Under the pieces are notes generated by a model, which ran no database searches, was not told where the DNA came from, and saw only the letters and a list, made by a program, of their open reading frames with translations. A stretch of DNA of 55,128 nucleotides from Candidatus Omnitrophota bacterium (GTDB lineage Bacteria > Omnitrophota > Gorgyraeia > Gygaellales > Profunditerraquicolaceae): the NCBI GenBank assembly GCA_043812955.1, contig JBDRLN010000072.1, forward strand, positions 1-55,128, in the 5' to 3' direction. Each line of letters begins with the position of its first letter. The stretch's first letter is position 1. Made by a program: the position numbers and the translations under genes. This document shows, piece by piece, positions 26,260-34,360 of this stretch.

Positions 26260-26979
26260 ATGTCAGATTTACCGGCGCCGGAATTTTATATCTCCAAGAG
26301 GATAGGCAGGGCTATAGGTGATTATGATCTTATCCAGGATGGCGACAGAATAGTGGTGGCTGTATCCGGCGGCAAAGACAGCCTCACCCTGCTTAAGATT
26401 TTAGCTGACCGCAGGAGTTTTGTCCCGGTGAAATATCAGATTATGGCGGTTCATATTGATATGGGTTATCCCTGCCATCATCCCAAAATTTTAGCCGAAT
26501 ATTTTAAAAAAATGGGAGTGGAATATTATATTGAAAAGATAGATATATTAAAAGGTAAGAGCCGTAAAGATATTTCCTGTTTCTGGTGCTCTTGGAATAG
26601 GAGAAAAGCCTTATTTAAGGTGGCTGACCGCTATAAGTTTAACAAGGTGGCTTTAGGCCACCATAAGGACGATATTGTCGAAACTATTCTTATGAATATG
26701 TTTTTTCAAGGGGAGATTTCAGCTATGTCCCCGAAGCAGGTATTATTTGACGGAAAAATTACTATTATCCGGCCCCTGGCTTATGTTGAAGAGGATATGA
26801 TTGTTAAGTTTGCCAAGACCTTGGATTTTCCGCATCATAAATGCACCTGTCCGAATTCGGTTAAATCCCAGCGCACCAAGATTGGCGAGATGATTAAGGA
26901 GCTTGAGCAGGTTTGCCCGGAAGTAAAAACAAATATATTCAAAAGCCTGAAAAGAATAAAAAAAGATTATCTGCTTTAA
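26260..26979 (+). CDS. ttcA: PP-loop ATPase, tRNA 2-thiocytidine synthetase TtcA-like
   Basis: SGGKDS PP-loop plus Cys motifs CFWCSW and CTCPN. Confidence 0.75.
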   Translation: MSDLPAPEFYISKRIGRAIGDYDLIQDGDRIVVAVSGGKDSLTLLKILADRRSFVPVKYQIMAVHIDMGYPCHHPKILAEYFKKMGVEYYIEKIDILKGKSRKDISCFWCSWNRRKALFKVADRYKFNKVALGHHKDDIVETILMNMFFQGEISAMSPKQVLFDGKITIIRPLAYVEEDMIVKFAKTLDFPHHKCTCPNSVKSQRTKIGEMIKELEQVCPEVKTNIFKSLKRIKKDYLL

Positions 26980-26988
26980 GAAAGTCCA

Positions 26989-27085
26989 GGATAGTAGTAT
27001 AATCAGTAGATATCAGTAGGAAGTATATAGTAGGTAGTAGGTAGGAAAAGCAAAAACAAAGGCAAGGGCAAGAGCAGGAGAAGAC
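26989..27085. repeat. low-complexity (AGTAG/AGGTAG)n tract followed by purine-rich tract upstream of rmuC
   Basis: The sequence ..gatagtagtataatcagtagatatcagtaggaagtatatagtaggtagtaggtaggaaaagcaaaaac.. resembles the left arm (ATAGGTACAGGTAGAGGTAGAGAAAAG) that flanks the gene at 52505. Confidence 0.6.
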
Positions 27086-28045
27086 ATGATTTGGTTAGTT
27101 ATAGGTATTTTTATTGCCGGTATGATAGCGGTTGTCCTGGTGGTCTTAAAATTAACCGGCGGGATTAATCTCCAGTTAAATTCGATAACCCAGCAGGTTA
27201 ATGAGCGTTTAAAAGAAACCTCCCAGGCTTTGTTGGATACCCATAAGACTGTCGGCGATAGGCTGGACAAAGCCAATACTGTTTTCGGCGATGTCCAGAA
27301 GAGCTTAGGCCGCTTAGAAGAGACCCATAAGCATATAATTGATATAAGTAAGGATATCTCCAGCCTCCAGGATTTGTTGCGGGCCCCGAAATTCAGGGGA
27401 GAGATGGGAGAGACCTTATTAGGTAAATTATTAGAGGATATCCTGCCCAAAGAAAATATCAAACTCCAACATCATTTTAAGACCGGAGATATCGTGGATG
27501 CGGCAATTGTGGTGGGGCAAAACCTAATCTGTATTGACGCTAAATTTCCCCTGGAGAATTTCCGGAAATTTTCTGAAGCCTCAGCTGAAGAAGAAAAGAA
27601 TAGCTATTACCGGGTATTTGTGCGGGATGTTAAAAAGCGGGTTGATGAGGTGGCTTCTAAATATATCCTGACTGATGAAGGGACATTTGATTTCGCCCTG
27701 ATGTATATACCGGCTGAGGCAGTGTATTATCATATCAGTAAAGATGATGAATTAAGCTCTTATACCAAGGTTAAAAAAGTAGTTTTTGTTTCCCCGAATA
27801 CCTTTTACGCTTATCTGCAGGCTATCCTTTACGGATTAAGAGGTATAAATATCCAAAAGAATATTCAGAAGGTTTTTGCCGAGTTAAACCGGATGCAAAT
27901 GGAATTTTCCAAATTCCAGGATGATTTTAGTACCTTGGGCAAACATATCTCTGGTGCTGACACAAAATATAAAGACGCGGCTAAGAAACTTGAGCAATTT
28001 AATGACCGGTTAATCGCTGTTATTCAGAAGCCTCAGCTTGAATAA
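27086..28045 (+). CDS. rmuC: DNA recombination protein RmuC
   Basis: N-terminal TM helix, coiled-coil region, and a conserved C-terminal core (FALMYIPAEAVYY, VSPNTFYAYLQAI). Confidence 0.8.
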   Translation: MIWLVIGIFIAGMIAVVLVVLKLTGGINLQLNSITQQVNERLKETSQALLDTHKTVGDRLDKANTVFGDVQKSLGRLEETHKHIIDISKDISSLQDLLRAPKFRGEMGETLLGKLLEDILPKENIKLQHHFKTGDIVDAAIVVGQNLICIDAKFPLENFRKFSEASAEEEKNSYYRVFVRDVKKRVDEVASKYILTDEGTFDFALMYIPAEAVYYHISKDDELSSYTKVKKVVFVSPNTFYAYLQAILYGLRGINIQKNIQKVFAELNRMQMEFSKFQDDFSTLGKHISGADTKYKDAAKKLEQFNDRLIAVIQKPQLE

Positions 28046-28065
28046 CAAATAAGGCATTGGTTTAA

Positions 28066-28287
28066 GTGATTTTAAGAGTTAAGGTTATTCCTAAAGCCAG
28101 CAGAAATCTAGTTAAGAAGGAAGGGGATGTTCTTAAGGTTTACTTGACTAAGCCGGCTTATGACGGACTGGCCAATGAACAATTAATTAGTTTATTGGCG
28201 GATCATTTTAAGGTAAAAAAATATCAGGTTATTATTGTTAAGGGAGATAAATCCCGGAATAAATTAGTTGAGATAGCTTATGAATGA
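28066..28287 (+). CDS. DUF167 (YggU-like) protein
   Basis: 73 aa: VKVIPKASRN..KVYLTKPAYDGLANEQLISLLADHFKVKK. GTG start. Confidence 0.8.
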   Translation: MILRVKVIPKASRNLVKKEGDVLKVYLTKPAYDGLANEQLISLLADHFKVKKYQVIIVKGDKSRNKLVEIAYE

Positions 28288-29038
28288 TAAATTATTAGGG
28301 GACGTTTCTATTTTTTCATCGTTTCCAGGCTTATTGGAAAATAGAAACGTCCCCTATTTTACTAGCCGGCGCAGCTGTGGTAATATGTCATATATATACG
28401 GCGATACAGCCGATTCTTTAGCCAACCGCCGGAATTTTTTAGAACCAGCTGGTTTAAATTATCAGGATTTAATCTGCGCTAAGCAGACCCATTCTAATAA
28501 CGTATTTTTTGCCGGAAAAAATGATCTAGGCAAAGGCGCTCTTTCTTATGATTCGTCAGTTGATAATACCGACGCCTTTATTACTAATCTAATAGAAGTT
28601 CCTCTGGCAATTTTTACCGCTGATTGCCTGCCGGTTTTTTTATATGATTTTAAAAATAAGGCTATAGGCTTGGTTCATGCCAGTTGGCGCAGTTCGCAAG
28701 TTAATATTACAGCTAAAACTGTAAGATCTATGCGGGATAAGTTTGCTACCACGCCTTCGGATCTTAGGGTATATTTTGGTCCGGCAATCCGGTCTTGTTG
28801 TTTTCAGGTGGGCGGGGAATTTAATGATATTTTTCCCGGGCAGCTGATTGTCAGGGCAAATATTAATTATCTGGATTTAGCGGGAGTCAATCGTAAGCAG
28901 CTATTGGATTGCGGAGTAAAGGATAAAAACATATCTGATTCCGGATTATGTACTTATTGTAATGAAAATGATTTTTTCTCATTTCGCCGCGAAGGAGAAT
29001 CTTGCGGGAGGATGATGTCGGTAATGATGCTGAGATAA
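28280..29038 (+). CDS. pgeF: peptidoglycan editing factor PgeF / YfiH laccase-domain protein
   Basis: Motifs FTSRR..GN.S, QTHSN, TADCLPVFL and HASWRS. The true start is uncertain; an in-frame TTG at 28334 is an alternative. Confidence 0.85.
   Translation: MNDKLLGDVSIFSSFPGLLENRNVPYFTSRRSCGNMSYIYGDTADSLANRRNFLEPAGLNYQDLICAKQTHSNNVFFAGKNDLGKGALSYDSSVDNTDAFITNLIEVPLAIFTADCLPVFLYDFKNKAIGLVHASWRSSQVNITAKTVRSMRDKFATTPSDLRVYFGPAIRSCCFQVGGEFNDIFPGQLIVRANINYLDLAGVNRKQLLDCGVKDKNISDSGLCTYCNENDFFSFRREGESCGRMMSVMMLR
28298..28354. repeat. 57-nt hairpin element, family 1, second copy
   Basis: GGGGACGTTTCTATTTT-23 nt-AAAATAGAAACGTCCCC. The arms are identical to 247-302. It lies inside the first 25 codons of the annotated pgeF ORF. 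Confidence 0.9.
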
Positions 29039-29101
29039 TTGCTACACCCGGCGTCGAGCGGAATTGCGCCGGTGTTCCGCTTGCTGCGGAAGGAGATGTA
29101 A

Positions 29102-29578
29102 ATGGCTAAAGTATTGGTAATTTATTATTCCCAGAGCGGAAATACCAAAAAGATGGCTGAAACAATAGCCCAGGGGATTAAAGAAGAGGCGGTTGAGGTA
29201 GTATTAAAAGAGGTCAAAGATGTATCGGCTGATGAATTACTGAAATACGATGGATTAGTTATTGGCTCTCCTACTTATTATGGGACAATGGCCTTTCAGA
29301 TTAAAAAACTTTTGGATGAAACGGTAAAATTCCACGGTAAGCTGGAAGGAAAAATCGGCGCAGCTTTTGCCTCCAGCGCTAATGTAGCGGGAGGTAATGA
29401 GACCACGATCTTAGATATTTTAAATGCTTTGCTTATCCATGGTATGGTTATCCAGGGTGATCCCCAAGGCGACCATTATGGCCCGGTATCTATCGGCGTG
29501 CCCGAGTCCAGGGCTCTTAAAAATTGTCTGAGATTAGGAAACAGGGTAGCCAGGCTGGTGAAAAAATGTACTGTGTAA
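29102..29578 (+). CDS. flavodoxin / WrbA-like NAD(P)H-dependent FMN protein
   Basis: N-terminal FMN-binding motif VLVIYYSQSGNTKKMAE. Confidence 0.85.
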   Translation: MAKVLVIYYSQSGNTKKMAETIAQGIKEEAVEVVLKEVKDVSADELLKYDGLVIGSPTYYGTMAFQIKKLLDETVKFHGKLEGKIGAAFASSANVAGGNETTILDILNALLIHGMVIQGDPQGDHYGPVSIGVPESRALKNCLRLGNRVARLVKKCTV

Positions 29579-29877
29579 TTTTTATTACTGCTTCAAGTAA
29601 GAATGAGGCAGAACATATCGCAGCGGAATTGGTAAAAAAAAGGTTAGCTGCTTGTGTTAATCTCATCGATAATATTACGTCAGTTTTTTGGTGGGAGGGA
29701 AAAATCGATAAAGCCAGCGAGGTGCTCTTGGTGGTAAAGTCAAAAAAAACGAAAATCCCCCAGGTCATCAAGCTGGTTAAATCATTGCACAGTTATGAAG
29801 TACCGGAGATTATCGCGCTTCCTATAATTGCCGGAGAGAAAAAATACTTAAATTGGATAAATGAATCTCTTAGGTAG
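29566..29877 (+). CDS. cutA: divalent-cation tolerance protein CutA
   Basis: MYCVIFITASSKNEAEHIA..LVKKRLAACVN..SVFWWEGKI. The start is trimmed to M15 of the ORF, giving a 13-nt overlap with the upstream gene. Confidence 0.85.
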   Translation: MYCVIFITASSKNEAEHIAAELVKKRLAACVNLIDNITSVFWWEGKIDKASEVLLVVKSKKTKIPQVIKLVKSLHSYEVPEIIALPIIAGEKKYLNWINESLR

Positions 29878-30529
29878 CCCCAGAGATTACCTTATTGCTT
29901 TTTTGGGCGGAGTTATTTTAAGTTTCACGCCCTGTGTATATCCTTTAATACCTATAAGCGCCAGCTATATCGGGATCAGGTCAGGCGGTTCCAGGTTGCG
30001 CGGGTTTGTACTAAGCCTGATATATGTTTCTGGTGTTGCAATTACCTATTCTGTATTAGGCTTATTAGCTTCTTTAAGCGGCAGGATATTCGGGAGTTTT
30101 AGCAGTCACCCACTGGTTAATATTTTAATCGGGATTGCGATAATTATTTTTGGCTTATCTATGTTAGGTTTTTTTAAGATATCCTTACCTAATCTGATAA
30201 GGCCGGGTTCGTCCCGGAACAAGGGGTTTTTCTCAGTTTTTTTCTTAGGGTTAAGTTCTGGTTTAATTATTTCACCTTGTATTACTCCGGTGCTCGGCAG
30301 TATTCTCTCAGTTATCTTTGTTAACAAGAATATATTTTACGGGATGACTCTTTTGCTATGTTTTGCCTATGGCATGGGCTTGATCCTAATTATAGTGGGG
30401 ACCTTCAGTAGTATTTTGGTTAGTTTTCCCAAGCTGGGTAAACGGTTATTGTATATTGAAAGGCTATGCGCGGTAATTTTGATCGGTATGGGAATTTATT
30501 ATATCTATACTGCTATAAGGAGAATCTAA
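29861..30529 (+). CDS. ccdA: cytochrome c biogenesis / thiol-disulfide transporter CcdA (DsbD family)
   Basis: FTPCVYPLIP motif and six TM helices. Confidence 0.9.
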   Translation: MNLLGSPRDYLIAFLGGVILSFTPCVYPLIPISASYIGIRSGGSRLRGFVLSLIYVSGVAITYSVLGLLASLSGRIFGSFSSHPLVNILIGIAIIIFGLSMLGFFKISLPNLIRPGSSRNKGFFSVFFLGLSSGLIISPCITPVLGSILSVIFVNKNIFYGMTLLLCFAYGMGLILIIVGTFSSILVSFPKLGKRLLYIERLCAVILIGMGIYYIYTAIRRI

Positions 30530-30997
30530 GTGAAGAAATATATCGGTTTATTTTTGTTGTTTAGTTTAATATTTGCCATATGGTCCCCGCCGGCATTTTC
30601 CGGAGAAGCAATGCCTGCCCCGGATTTTAATTTATCAGATTTAGATAATAAGTCTTTCACCTTAAGTAGTTATAAAGGACGGCAGTCAGTTATTTTATTA
30701 TTTTGGACCACCTGGTGCCCTTATTGCCGGGGGGAGTTAAAAACAATAAACCAGATGAGCGAGGATTTAAAAAATAAAAAGATGGAAGTTTTAGCTATAA
30801 ATATCGGCGAATCATTGCCAGTAGTTTCCAAGTTTATAAAATCCCTTAATTTTACTTATCCGGTGCTTTTAGATCAGAATGCTAGAGTAGCCAAATCTTA
30901 CGGTGTTTTTGGCGTGCCTACTTATGTAATTATTGATGATCAAGGGAATATCTTCCGTCAGGAGAATTATTTCCCCAAAGATGTATTTAAAAAATAA
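30530..30997 (+). CDS. TlpA/ResA-like periplasmic thioredoxin
   Basis: Signal peptide plus a WCPYC active site. GTG start. Confidence 0.9.
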   Translation: MKKYIGLFLLFSLIFAIWSPPAFSGEAMPAPDFNLSDLDNKSFTLSSYKGRQSVILLFWTTWCPYCRGELKTINQMSEDLKNKKMEVLAINIGESLPVVSKFIKSLNFTYPVLLDQNARVAKSYGVFGVPTYVIIDDQGNIFRQENYFPKDVFKK

Positions 30998-31011
30998 TCC
31001 CTAGCTGAAAT

Positions 31012-31641
31012 ATGCGCAAAAATTTAGAAGACTTGTTTAAGAATTGGCAAAAAAGGAATATCGCTGGGTTATATTGTGAAAAAACAATTCAAGCCTTGGA
31101 TAAAATCCTAGAACTTGTGCCGGTTTCATCATCTGTAGGTATTTCCGGTTCTCAAACCCTGGAGCAAATAGGCATAGTGAAGGCTCTGGAGGCAAGGGGG
31201 GGGAAGGTTTTTAATCCTTATCTGCCGGGGTTAAGCCGGGAAGAAAGCTTAAAATTAAGAAGGCTGGGAGCAACCCAGGCAGATTATTATTTAGCCAGCC
31301 CGAATGCCGTAGCTGAATCCGGGGAATTGGTTTTTTTCAGCGGGTTCGGCAACCGGATCAGTGGAGTATCTTACGCAAACAATGTAATCATTATTGCCGG
31401 TGAAAATAAAATTGTTCCTACTTTGGGTGAGGCGATCAAAAGGTCTAGGGAATATGCTACGCCTTTAAACTGTAAACGCTTGAATTGGCAGTCTGCTTGT
31501 TTAAATACAGGTGTCTGTCGTAATGATCTATGTTTTTCTCCGGAATATAAAAGGATGTGTTCTCAGATCCTGATCATAGAAGCCGAAGTTTCCCCGGATA
31601 GGTTAAAGGTAATTTTGGTTGATGAAGACTTAGGTTATTAG
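31012..31641 (+). CDS. LUD-domain (LutC-like, DUF162) protein
   Basis: 209 aa with a general LUD-domain pattern (..GISGSQT..; C-terminal Cys-rich tail). The call is from memory only. Confidence 0.55.
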   Translation: MRKNLEDLFKNWQKRNIAGLYCEKTIQALDKILELVPVSSSVGISGSQTLEQIGIVKALEARGGKVFNPYLPGLSREESLKLRRLGATQADYYLASPNAVAESGELVFFSGFGNRISGVSYANNVIIIAGENKIVPTLGEAIKRSREYATPLNCKRLNWQSACLNTGVCRNDLCFSPEYKRMCSQILIIEAEVSPDRLKVILVDEDLGY

Positions 31642-31651
31642 GAGCAAAGTT

Positions 31652-32122
31652 ATGCTAAGCGATAAATTAAAAGATTCTTTAAATAAGCGGGAGTTTATCA
31701 GTGTGGGCACCTGCGATTTTCATGGTAAGCCTAATGCCGCCCCGAAATTTTTCTTAAAGATGGAAGGTAATTTTTTATACTTGATTGATTATGTCATGAG
31801 CAGGACTTTAGCTAACTTAAAAATTAATCCCAGGGTCTCATTGTCTTTTATTGACCTGGATACCTTGGTAGGTTATCAGATAAACGGCAAAGTTAAAATA
31901 ATCGAACAAGGCAAAGAATTCGAAAAAATAGCCCAGGAGTTGGTGGATAAACAGATTGTTTTTTCCACTAAGCGGATTATCGAAGGGATCACTACGGGCA
32001 AAAAACATAAAGTATTTGAGGTGGGGATAGAAAAAGATTTTGTGGTTTTTAAATTGGAGATAGAAGAGGTTATTGAGATAGGCCCGAGCGGAGGATTAAC
32101 CCGGCAAATCATCAAGAAATAG
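31652..32122 (+). CDS. pyridoxamine 5'-phosphate oxidase-family (FMN-binding split barrel) protein
   Basis: 156 aa with the pattern ..GTCDFHGKPNAAPKFF....PRVSLSFID. Confidence 0.55.
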   Translation: MLSDKLKDSLNKREFISVGTCDFHGKPNAAPKFFLKMEGNFLYLIDYVMSRTLANLKINPRVSLSFIDLDTLVGYQINGKVKIIEQGKEFEKIAQELVDKQIVFSTKRIIEGITTGKKHKVFEVGIEKDFVVFKLEIEEVIEIGPSGGLTRQIIKK

Positions 32123-32126
32123 GGAG

Positions 32127-32332
32127 ATGGGGTCAGGTCCCTTCGCTATAACCTGATGTATTATAATAGGTTATGATGAGTTAGTTTGCACTTTTATAAT
32201 ATATACAGAGGGTACTCTGTCGAGAATATCTTACTATTTATTGACAGGGTGTCCCCTGTATAAAAAGTGCAAAGTGTCTTTATGTAACTAGTATATATTT
32301 GAAAGTGTTACGGATTAGGGACCTGGTCCCAT
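32127..32332. repeat. ~205-bp nested inverted-repeat element in the PNPOx-ybaB intergenic region
   Basis: The outer motifs are GGGGTCAGGTCCC (32129-32141) and GGGACCTGGTCCC (32318-32330). The inner inverted repeat is TTTGCACTTTTATA..CAGAGGG (32185-32211) against CCCCTGTATAAAAAGTGCAAA (32253-32273). It contains GTGTCCCC like the 75-nt elements. Confidence 0.7.
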
Positions 32333-32363
32333 TAACATTAATGGTCCCATTAAGGGGAGGGGG

Positions 32364-32660
32364 ATGCTGGATAAACTGAAGGCTTTGATGGATATGCAGA
32401 ATAAGATGAAGGATGTTAAAAGGGAACTGGATAATACTGATTTTGATATTTTAAGTTCCGATGGTTTGGTTAAATTAACTATGAATGGTTCTCAGGAGCT
32501 AAAACAAGTTAAGATAACCGCTGATTTAGAGGGTTTAGGGGTTGATAAGCTGGAGTTGTCGCTTAAAGATGCCTGGAATAGGGCGATAAAACATTCTCAT
32601 GAACTGGCTGCCCAGAAGATGAAAGACGTTACCGGGTTTAATCTTCCGGGATTAACTTAA
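32364..32660 (+). CDS. ybaB: YbaB/EbfC nucleoid-associated protein
   Basis: 98 aa: ..LMDMQNKMKDVKRELDNT...V.L.MNG.QE...V.I. Confidence 0.85.
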   Translation: MLDKLKALMDMQNKMKDVKRELDNTDFDILSSDGLVKLTMNGSQELKQVKITADLEGLGVDKLELSLKDAWNRAIKHSHELAAQKMKDVTGFNLPGLT

Positions 32661-32713
32661 ATTTTTAACATATCTCTTGCCAAGGCAACGAGTTTACAGT
32701 ATATTAAAAAACT

Positions 32714-33640
32714 ATGCCGTTAAAGAATATTATAGCTATTGACCTGGGAGGTACTAATTTAAAATTAGCGCTTCTGAATAGCAGGTTAAATATAAAAGCT
32801 AGATCTATATTAAACACACGCAAGTTTCTTAATAAAGCCGGTTTGATAAGGGCGATATCAGATTCCATAGAAACTATTATTTCAGGTAATAACCTAAGAA
32901 AATCGGATATATCCGGAGTAGGTTTAGGCCTTCCTGGGCCCATAGACGCGAAAAAAGGGATAGTCCATTTTTTCCCCAATATTCCGGGTTGGAGAGAAGT
33001 AAATCTTAAGCGCATACTGCAAGAAAAAACTGGCCTTCCTGTTTTTCTGGATAACGACGCTAAACTGATGGCTCTGGCAGAATATAAAAAAGGAGCGGCA
33101 AGAGGCTCACTGAATGCTATTTGCCTTACTTTAGGTACAGGTGTAGGGGGAGGTTTAATAATTAATGGCGAGATTTTTCGTGGGTCAACCAATGCTACCG
33201 GCGAGATTGGCCACTTACCCATAAATGAAGACGGGCCGAAATGTAATTGCGGAGGTAAGGCCTGCCTGGAGGCATATATAGGTAATAACGCTATTTTAAA
33301 AGAGGCCAAGAATAAATTTCGTAAGCGGGTAACCTTAGAAGAATTAAGTTATTTAGCTAATAAAGGGGATAAATTAGCCACGAATATATGGAAAAAGGTC
33401 GGAGAGCGTTTAGGGATAGCCCTGAGCGCGGTGGTGAATCTGCTTAATCCTGATTGTATAGTAATTGGCGGAGGCGTGGCTAATTCGGGTAAAATACTTT
33501 TTCAAGAAGTAAAGAAAACAATTCTTAAAAGGGCAATGAATGTGCAGGCTAAGCATGTGAAGGTCAGGCCTGCCGTTTTAGGCAGCGATGCCGGTTTAAT
33601 CGGCGCGGCTATGTTAGTTAAAGAAGGTGTAGGGAGATGA
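32714..33640 (+). CDS. glk: ROK-family glucokinase
   Basis: IAIDLGGTNLK, LDNDA, GEIGH and the zinc motif CNCGGKACLE. Confidence 0.9.
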   Translation: MPLKNIIAIDLGGTNLKLALLNSRLNIKARSILNTRKFLNKAGLIRAISDSIETIISGNNLRKSDISGVGLGLPGPIDAKKGIVHFFPNIPGWREVNLKRILQEKTGLPVFLDNDAKLMALAEYKKGAARGSLNAICLTLGTGVGGGLIINGEIFRGSTNATGEIGHLPINEDGPKCNCGGKACLEAYIGNNAILKEAKNKFRKRVTLEELSYLANKGDKLATNIWKKVGERLGIALSAVVNLLNPDCIVIGGGVANSGKILFQEVKKTILKRAMNVQAKHVKVRPAVLGSDAGLIGAAMLVKEGVGR

Positions 33641-33717
33641 ACCCCGCACCTTCCAACTAATTTAGTCATATATGACAAAAGGTTTTAGTATTATGAATAA
33701 GAAGGAAGGTGCGGGGT
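33641..33717 (+). promoter_or_regulatory. long-range 14-bp helix sequestering the RBS and GTG start of tal
   Basis: ACCCCGCACCTTCC (33641-33654, immediately after the glk stop) is perfectly complementary to GGAAGGTGCGGGGT (33704-33717). The second arm contains the SD GGAAGG and the first two bases of the GTG start. Confidence 0.6.
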
Positions 33718-34360
33718 GAAGATCTTTATCGATACCGCCAGCATCAAAGAAATAAAAGAAGCGGCCAGCTTAGGTTTAATCGATGGCGTGACTACTAATC
33801 CTACTTTAGTAGCCCGGGAGAATCGTCCGGCAAAAGAGCTATTGAAAGAGATTTGTTCCTTGATAGCCGGACCGGTAAGCGCGGAAGTTATCAGCCAGGA
33901 ATCTTCCGCAATGGTGGAAGAGGCTTTAGGTCTGGTTAAAATCGCCGGAAATATTGTAGTTAAAATACCTTTAATTAAGGAAGGGCTGAAAGCAGTGAAG
34001 ATTCTTTCCAAGGAAGGTATTAAGACCAATGTGACTTTATGTTTTTCTCCTTCCCAGGCTTTACTTGCAGCTAAGGCCGGCGCTGATTACGTCTCGCCTT
34101 TTATCGGAAGGTTGGATGATATCAGCCAGCGGGGAATGGATTTAATCGTGGATATTAAACAGATTTATTCCAATTACAATTTTAAGACTGAGATCATTGT
34201 AGCCTCGATACGCAACCCGATGCACGTGGCGGATGCGGCTAAAATAGGCGCGGATATAGTTACTTGCCCTTTTGCGGTAATTGAACAGTTAATCAGGCAT
34301 CCTTTGACTGATATCGGAGTGCAAAAGTTTTCAGAAGATTATAAGAAAATTCCTAAGTGA
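33716..34360 (+). CDS. tal: transaldolase / fructose-6-phosphate aldolase (short type 3B)
   Basis: [21 protein letters not shown] and [11 protein letters not shown]. Confidence 0.9.
   Translation: MKIFIDTASIKEIKEAASLGLIDGVTTNPTLVARENRPAKELLKEICSLIAGPVSAEVISQESSAMVEEALGLVKIAGNIVVKIPLIKEGLKAVKILSKEGIKTNVTLCFSPSQALLAAKAGADYVSPFIGRLDDISQRGMDLIVDIKQIYSNYNFKTEIIVASIRNPMHVADAAKIGADIVTCPFAVIEQLIRHPLTDIGVQKFSEDYKKIPK

Noticed and set aside
27013-27462. 149-aa ORF on the minus strand
   Set aside because: It is antisense to rmuC and starts in the low-complexity AGGTAG tract. There is no motif support.
32704-33309. 201-aa ORF on the minus strand
   Set aside because: It is entirely antisense to the strongly supported ROK glucokinase CDS. 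Its composition is Pro/Ser/Leu-rich and low in complexity, with no recognisable motif. It is typical shadow-ORF material.
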